DNA from: an uncultured virus (IMG/VR IMGVR_UViG_2675903599_000007)
Taxonomy: Duplodnaviria; Heunggongvirae; Uroviricota; Caudoviricetes
IMG/VR virus record: IMGVR_UViG_2675903599_000007
DNA length: 64,000 nt
Reading direction: 5' to 3' (one strand)
The notes below the pieces were generated by a model, which worked only from the letters and a program-made list of their open reading frames with translations, did not search any database and was not told the DNA's origin. A program made the translations under genes and the position numbers. Below are positions 60,844-64,000 of the stretch, piece by piece. Within the stretch, counting starts at the first letter, position 1, and every line of letters starts with the position of its first letter.

Positions 60844-61575
60844 ATGGGAAACGGAACGCGTATTTTACTTAACTCGGACGGTGTTATTACTAACTGGGAA
60901 AAGCAATATTTTGAACCAGTAAAGTCACCACTGGCAGCAATTGCAAACCCGATCGTGGCTTTTGATTTACTGACTCCTGTAGATAACTCACGACATGGTT
61001 TCAGCGTGCAGCAAGGTGTGCAGATCCTGAAAGGGTATGGACTTGAATTTCCTGGTTCCGCCGGTAGCCAGACTACGTTTGCAAAGTCCGGACTGTCCGG
61101 ACTGTCTTTTCTTACTGCATTTCGGTTAAGCGCAGTTGATGTATTTCAGTACGTGCTTGACTGCAGGGATCTGACACCAGGTACAGGCCATGGTTACGCC
61201 ATTACGTTTAACCCTGCCGGTCAGCGGCTTGAGCTTCGTGTCGGCTGGCCTGACGGTAGTCAGGGTATCTATTTTCAGGAAGGTAAGACGATTGTTGCGG
61301 GGCAATGGTATGTGGCATGCGGTGTCATTTCTCCTAACCGCAATCACAAATTAACGTTGTCAGATGGGACTGCAATTGCTGCAAGCCCTGCGGGTTATCT
61401 GTTAAACGTGGCGGGAAACAAGCTAATGCTGGGTGCCAGTGCTGCCGGTTCATCAATGATGAAAGGTGATCTGGCTTTCTTTGGTGCATGGGAAAAAGAA
61501 TTTACCGCAGGCGACACTCTGACGGCTGTCGCGCTGGGTAAAAACATCATGGCTTTAAGAGGGCAGGCAGTATGA
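60844..61575 (+). CDS. Tail-associated beta-sandwich (ConA/LamG-like) protein
   Basis: AGQWYVACGV...LMLGA...GDLAFFGAW pattern; follows the spike gene. Confidence 0.5.
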   Translation: MGNGTRILLNSDGVITNWEKQYFEPVKSPLAAIANPIVAFDLLTPVDNSRHGFSVQQGVQILKGYGLEFPGSAGSQTTFAKSGLSGLSFLTAFRLSAVDVFQYVLDCRDLTPGTGHGYAITFNPAGQRLELRVGWPDGSQGIYFQEGKTIVAGQWYVACGVISPNRNHKLTLSDGTAIAASPAGYLLNVAGNKLMLGASAAGSSMMKGDLAFFGAWEKEFTAGDTLTAVALGKNIMALRGQAV

Positions 61576-61775
61576 CAACCGTAGAAGTACGCATTGAAAC
61601 AGTTAATGGCAGCATGGTCACTTTTTCGCGTGTATCTGAAAACTGGGTAAATCTGAACCAGTACGAACGGGATGACATTATCAGCGGATGGATAAATGAG
61701 GATAAAAACAGCCAGGCCGCATTATCGGCTAGTGATGGATATACCCTGAGCTATCACGTTTTAGCTCAAGAATAG
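61572..61775 (+). CDS. Small hypothetical tail-region protein
   Basis: 67-aa ORF overlapping the upstream stop (ATGA). Confidence 0.6.
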   Translation: MTTVEVRIETVNGSMVTFSRVSENWVNLNQYERDDIISGWINEDKNSQAALSASDGYTLSYHVLAQE

Positions 61776-61804
61776 CCGAGGCGCCAGACAGAAAAGGATA
61801 AGAG

Positions 61805-62881
61805 ATGAGCACAGCCTTTTATACAAAACTGACCGCGGCGGGAGTTAATGCCATGACTCGCGCAGTCATGAATAATGAACCAATCTCTATTACTGAAATG
61901 GCTGTTGGAGATGGTGGCGGTAATAATATTAATCCTGACGGAATGCAGGGACTAGTTAATGAAGTTTACCGCGCTCCGTTAAACAGGCTGGTTATTGCTG
62001 ATCTGGACAGAAATGTCATCCGGGCAGAAATGCTGATGATGCCCCAGGTTGGCGGATGGTGGCTGCGTGAAGCGGCGTTATTTGATGACAGAGGGATCTG
62101 TCTGGCCGTAGCAAGTTTACCTCCATCCTATAAGCCATTGCTGGAACAAGGGGCAGGGCGTATGAGCACGGTGAATATTTACATCACCGTCAACAATATT
62201 GCCGATGTGCAACTAATTACTGACCCGGCGATCATTCTGGCAACGATAACTGAGGTTGATAAGGCTAAGGGTGAGGCAAAGGATTACGCCGACGAAATTG
62301 TAGGTAACTTAGACAAGAATATTCAGCAGGTGATTGCTGATGCTATAACGGCGGCAAAGCGAGATTTCTGGGAAGATGATAATCCGGTTGGCACCACCCG
62401 CTTTTTTAACCAGAACCTCAATCCCAATGAGCGCTGGCCGTGGTCGCAATGGGTGTACACCGGCGAAAACAAAACGATCCGCGTCGGCAGGGCTGACGGT
62501 TCGGACGTCGGGCAGACAGGCGGCAGCGATACTGTCACACTCCAGCAGGCTAACCTGCCCGCTGTGCAGGTTAACGTCAGTGGCGAAACCAGTGAACTCC
62601 CCGGGCAGGAGCTGACCACCAGGGAGGCGGGACGGCATAAACACAAAGGCGGAATGCTCGCCCCTGGCGAGGCCTGGGATGATAATTACATAGTCGGTTC
62701 GGATAACGACAGCCGCCGCACCAGAAATTATACGGATGAGGTGGCCGATCATAGCCATATTGTGGACTTGCCAGCCCACAAACACACGACCACCGGCAAA
62801 ACCGATAACCTCGGTGAAGGGAAATCATTCAGCGTGGTTGAAGCCCACACACTGCTGATGTGCTGGAGCCGCGTTGCCTGA
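61805..62881 (+). CDS. Short gpH-like tail fibre/collar protein
   Basis: P2 gpH N-terminal domain (MAVGDGGG, GGWWLRE, SYKPLL.QG); C-terminal TGGSDTVTL...NLP...H.H. Confidence 0.82.
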   Translation: MSTAFYTKLTAAGVNAMTRAVMNNEPISITEMAVGDGGGNNINPDGMQGLVNEVYRAPLNRLVIADLDRNVIRAEMLMMPQVGGWWLREAALFDDRGICLAVASLPPSYKPLLEQGAGRMSTVNIYITVNNIADVQLITDPAIILATITEVDKAKGEAKDYADEIVGNLDKNIQQVIADAITAAKRDFWEDDNPVGTTRFFNQNLNPNERWPWSQWVYTGENKTIRVGRADGSDVGQTGGSDTVTLQQANLPAVQVNVSGETSELPGQELTTREAGRHKHKGGMLAPGEAWDDNYIVGSDNDSRRTRNYTDEVADHSHIVDLPAHKHTTTGKTDNLGEGKSFSVVEAHTLLMCWSRVA

Positions 62882-62900
62882 TAAATCCCGGTATCAGTCT

Positions 62901-62922
62901 GCCCCGATAAGGGGCTTTTTTC
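62901..62922 (+). terminator. Rho-independent terminator
   Basis: GCCCC-GATAA-GGGGC followed by a T run. Confidence 0.65.
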
Positions 62923-63019
62923 TGTCTGCGGTTGTGCCATTGACGGTACAACGGCCATCAACGGCTTGCGGTGCATGATTTCCCTACCATGGGTGAACCC
63001 CTAAACAGGAGATTCATTC

Positions 63020-64000
63020 ATGGCGCAAGACTATCACCATGGCGTGCGTGTTGTTGAAGTTAACGACGGCACCCGCTCTATCACGACGGTGAGCACGGCG
63101 ATTGTGGGCATGGTATGCACCGGCGATGATGCCGATGCCTCAGTGTTCCCGCTCAATAAGCCGGTTCTGCTTACCGATGTACTGACCGCCAGCGGTAAAG
63201 CGGGCGAGTCCGGCACGCTGGCCCGCTCACTGGATGCCATCGCAGACCAGGCAAAACCCGTCACCGTTGTGGTGCGTGTTGCCCAGGGCGAAACCGAAGC
63301 GGAAACCACCTCCAATATTATCGGCGGCGTAACCGCTGACGGTAAGAAAACGGGCATCAAAGCGCTGCTTTCGGCGCAGTCGCAGCTGGGTTTAAAGCCG
63401 CGCATTCTTGGTGTGCCGGGCCATGACACGCAGGCTGTTTCCACTGAACTGTTAAGCGTGGCGCAGAGCCTGCGCGGCTTTGCGTACCTGTCTGCCTACG
63501 GTTGTAAAACCGTGGAAGAAGCGATTGCCTACCGCGAAAATTTCAGTCAGCGAGAAGGGATGCTGATCTGGCCTGATTTCATCAACTTTGACACGGTGCT
63601 GCAGGCGGATGCGACTGCTTACGCCACTGCCCGCGCGCTGGGTCTGCGTGCAAAAATCGACGAGCAGACCGGCTGGCACAAAACCCTTTCTAACGTGGGC
63701 GTCAACGGCGTAACCGGCTTGTCTGCGGATGTGTTCTGGGATCTGCAGGACCCGGCAACCGATGCCGGACTGCTGAACCAGAACGACGTCACCACCTTGA
63801 TCCGCAAGGATGGTTTCCGCTTCTGGGGTTCCCGCTGCCTGAGCGATGACCCGTTATTCCAGTTTGAAAACTACACCCGTACCGCGCAGGTGCTGGCAGA
63901 CACCATGGCGGAGGCGCATATGTGGGCGGTGGACATGCCGCTTAACCCTTCGCTGGCTCGCGACATTATCGAAGGTATCCGCGCCAAAATGCGCAGCCTG
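63020..64000 (+). CDS. FI: Tail sheath protein gpFI, 3'-truncated by window edge (not in ORF track)
   Basis: AGGAG RBS; MAQDYHHGVRVVEVNDGTRSI...KPRILGVPG...GWHKTLSN...GFRFWG. Confidence 0.94.
   Translation, partial: MAQDYHHGVRVVEVNDGTRSITTVSTAIVGMVCTGDDADASVFPLNKPVLLTDVLTASGKAGESGTLARSLDAIADQAKPVTVVVRVAQGETEAETTSNIIGGVTADGKKTGIKALLSAQSQLGLKPRILGVPGHDTQAVSTELLSVAQSLRGFAYLSAYGCKTVEEAIAYRENFSQREGMLIWPDFINFDTVLQADATAYATARALGLRAKIDEQTGWHKTLSNVGVNGVTGLSADVFWDLQDPATDAGLLNQNDVTTLIRKDGFRFWGSRCLSDDPLFQFENYTRTAQVLADTMAEAHMWAVDMPLNPSLARDIIEGIRAKMRSL

Larger units (their letters stand above)
35391..64000. mobile_element. P2/186/Fels-2-like prophage, no int in this window, running off the right edge
   Basis: Order cI-apl-cII-...-dam-A-tum-dinI-cos-Q-P-O-N-M-L-X-lysis-R-S-V-W-J-I-tail-FI. 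Confidence 0.95.

Overview
Enterobacterial (probably Klebsiella-type) DNA in two halves joined at a group II intron. Positions 1-33480 are an F-like multireplicon plasmid. In order it carries: the end of the tra region (traI, traX, finO); a ColE1 cer-like Xer site beside an SOS-regulated HNH-DNase bacteriocin and immunity gene; nuc; an IncFII replicon (copB, CopA, tap, repA, ori, Ter); a Shango-type anti-phage operon; a frameshifted IS903 that truncates an EAL gene next to an intact GAF-GGDEF gene; a resolvase; an iteron FIB-type replicon; sopABC with 16 repeats; a tnpB-only IS200/IS605 element in a dead stbD-like gene; and umuDC. Positions 33481-35390 are a group II intron inserted at the edge of the umuD LexA box. 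Its predicted exon-binding sites are complementary to the SOS-box consensus. Positions 35391-64000 are a P2/186/Fels-2-like prophage with no integrase at the junction and a nonsense mutation in replication gene A. It has AT-rich morons (two membrane proteins, a lipoprotein, an AIPR protein), head, lysis and tail genes, and a large putative depolymerase tailspike module. The most notable signals are the apparently LexA-operator-targeting intron and the plasmid-prophage fusion (real or assembly chimera) at that intron. All family assignments come from motif recognition, not database searches.
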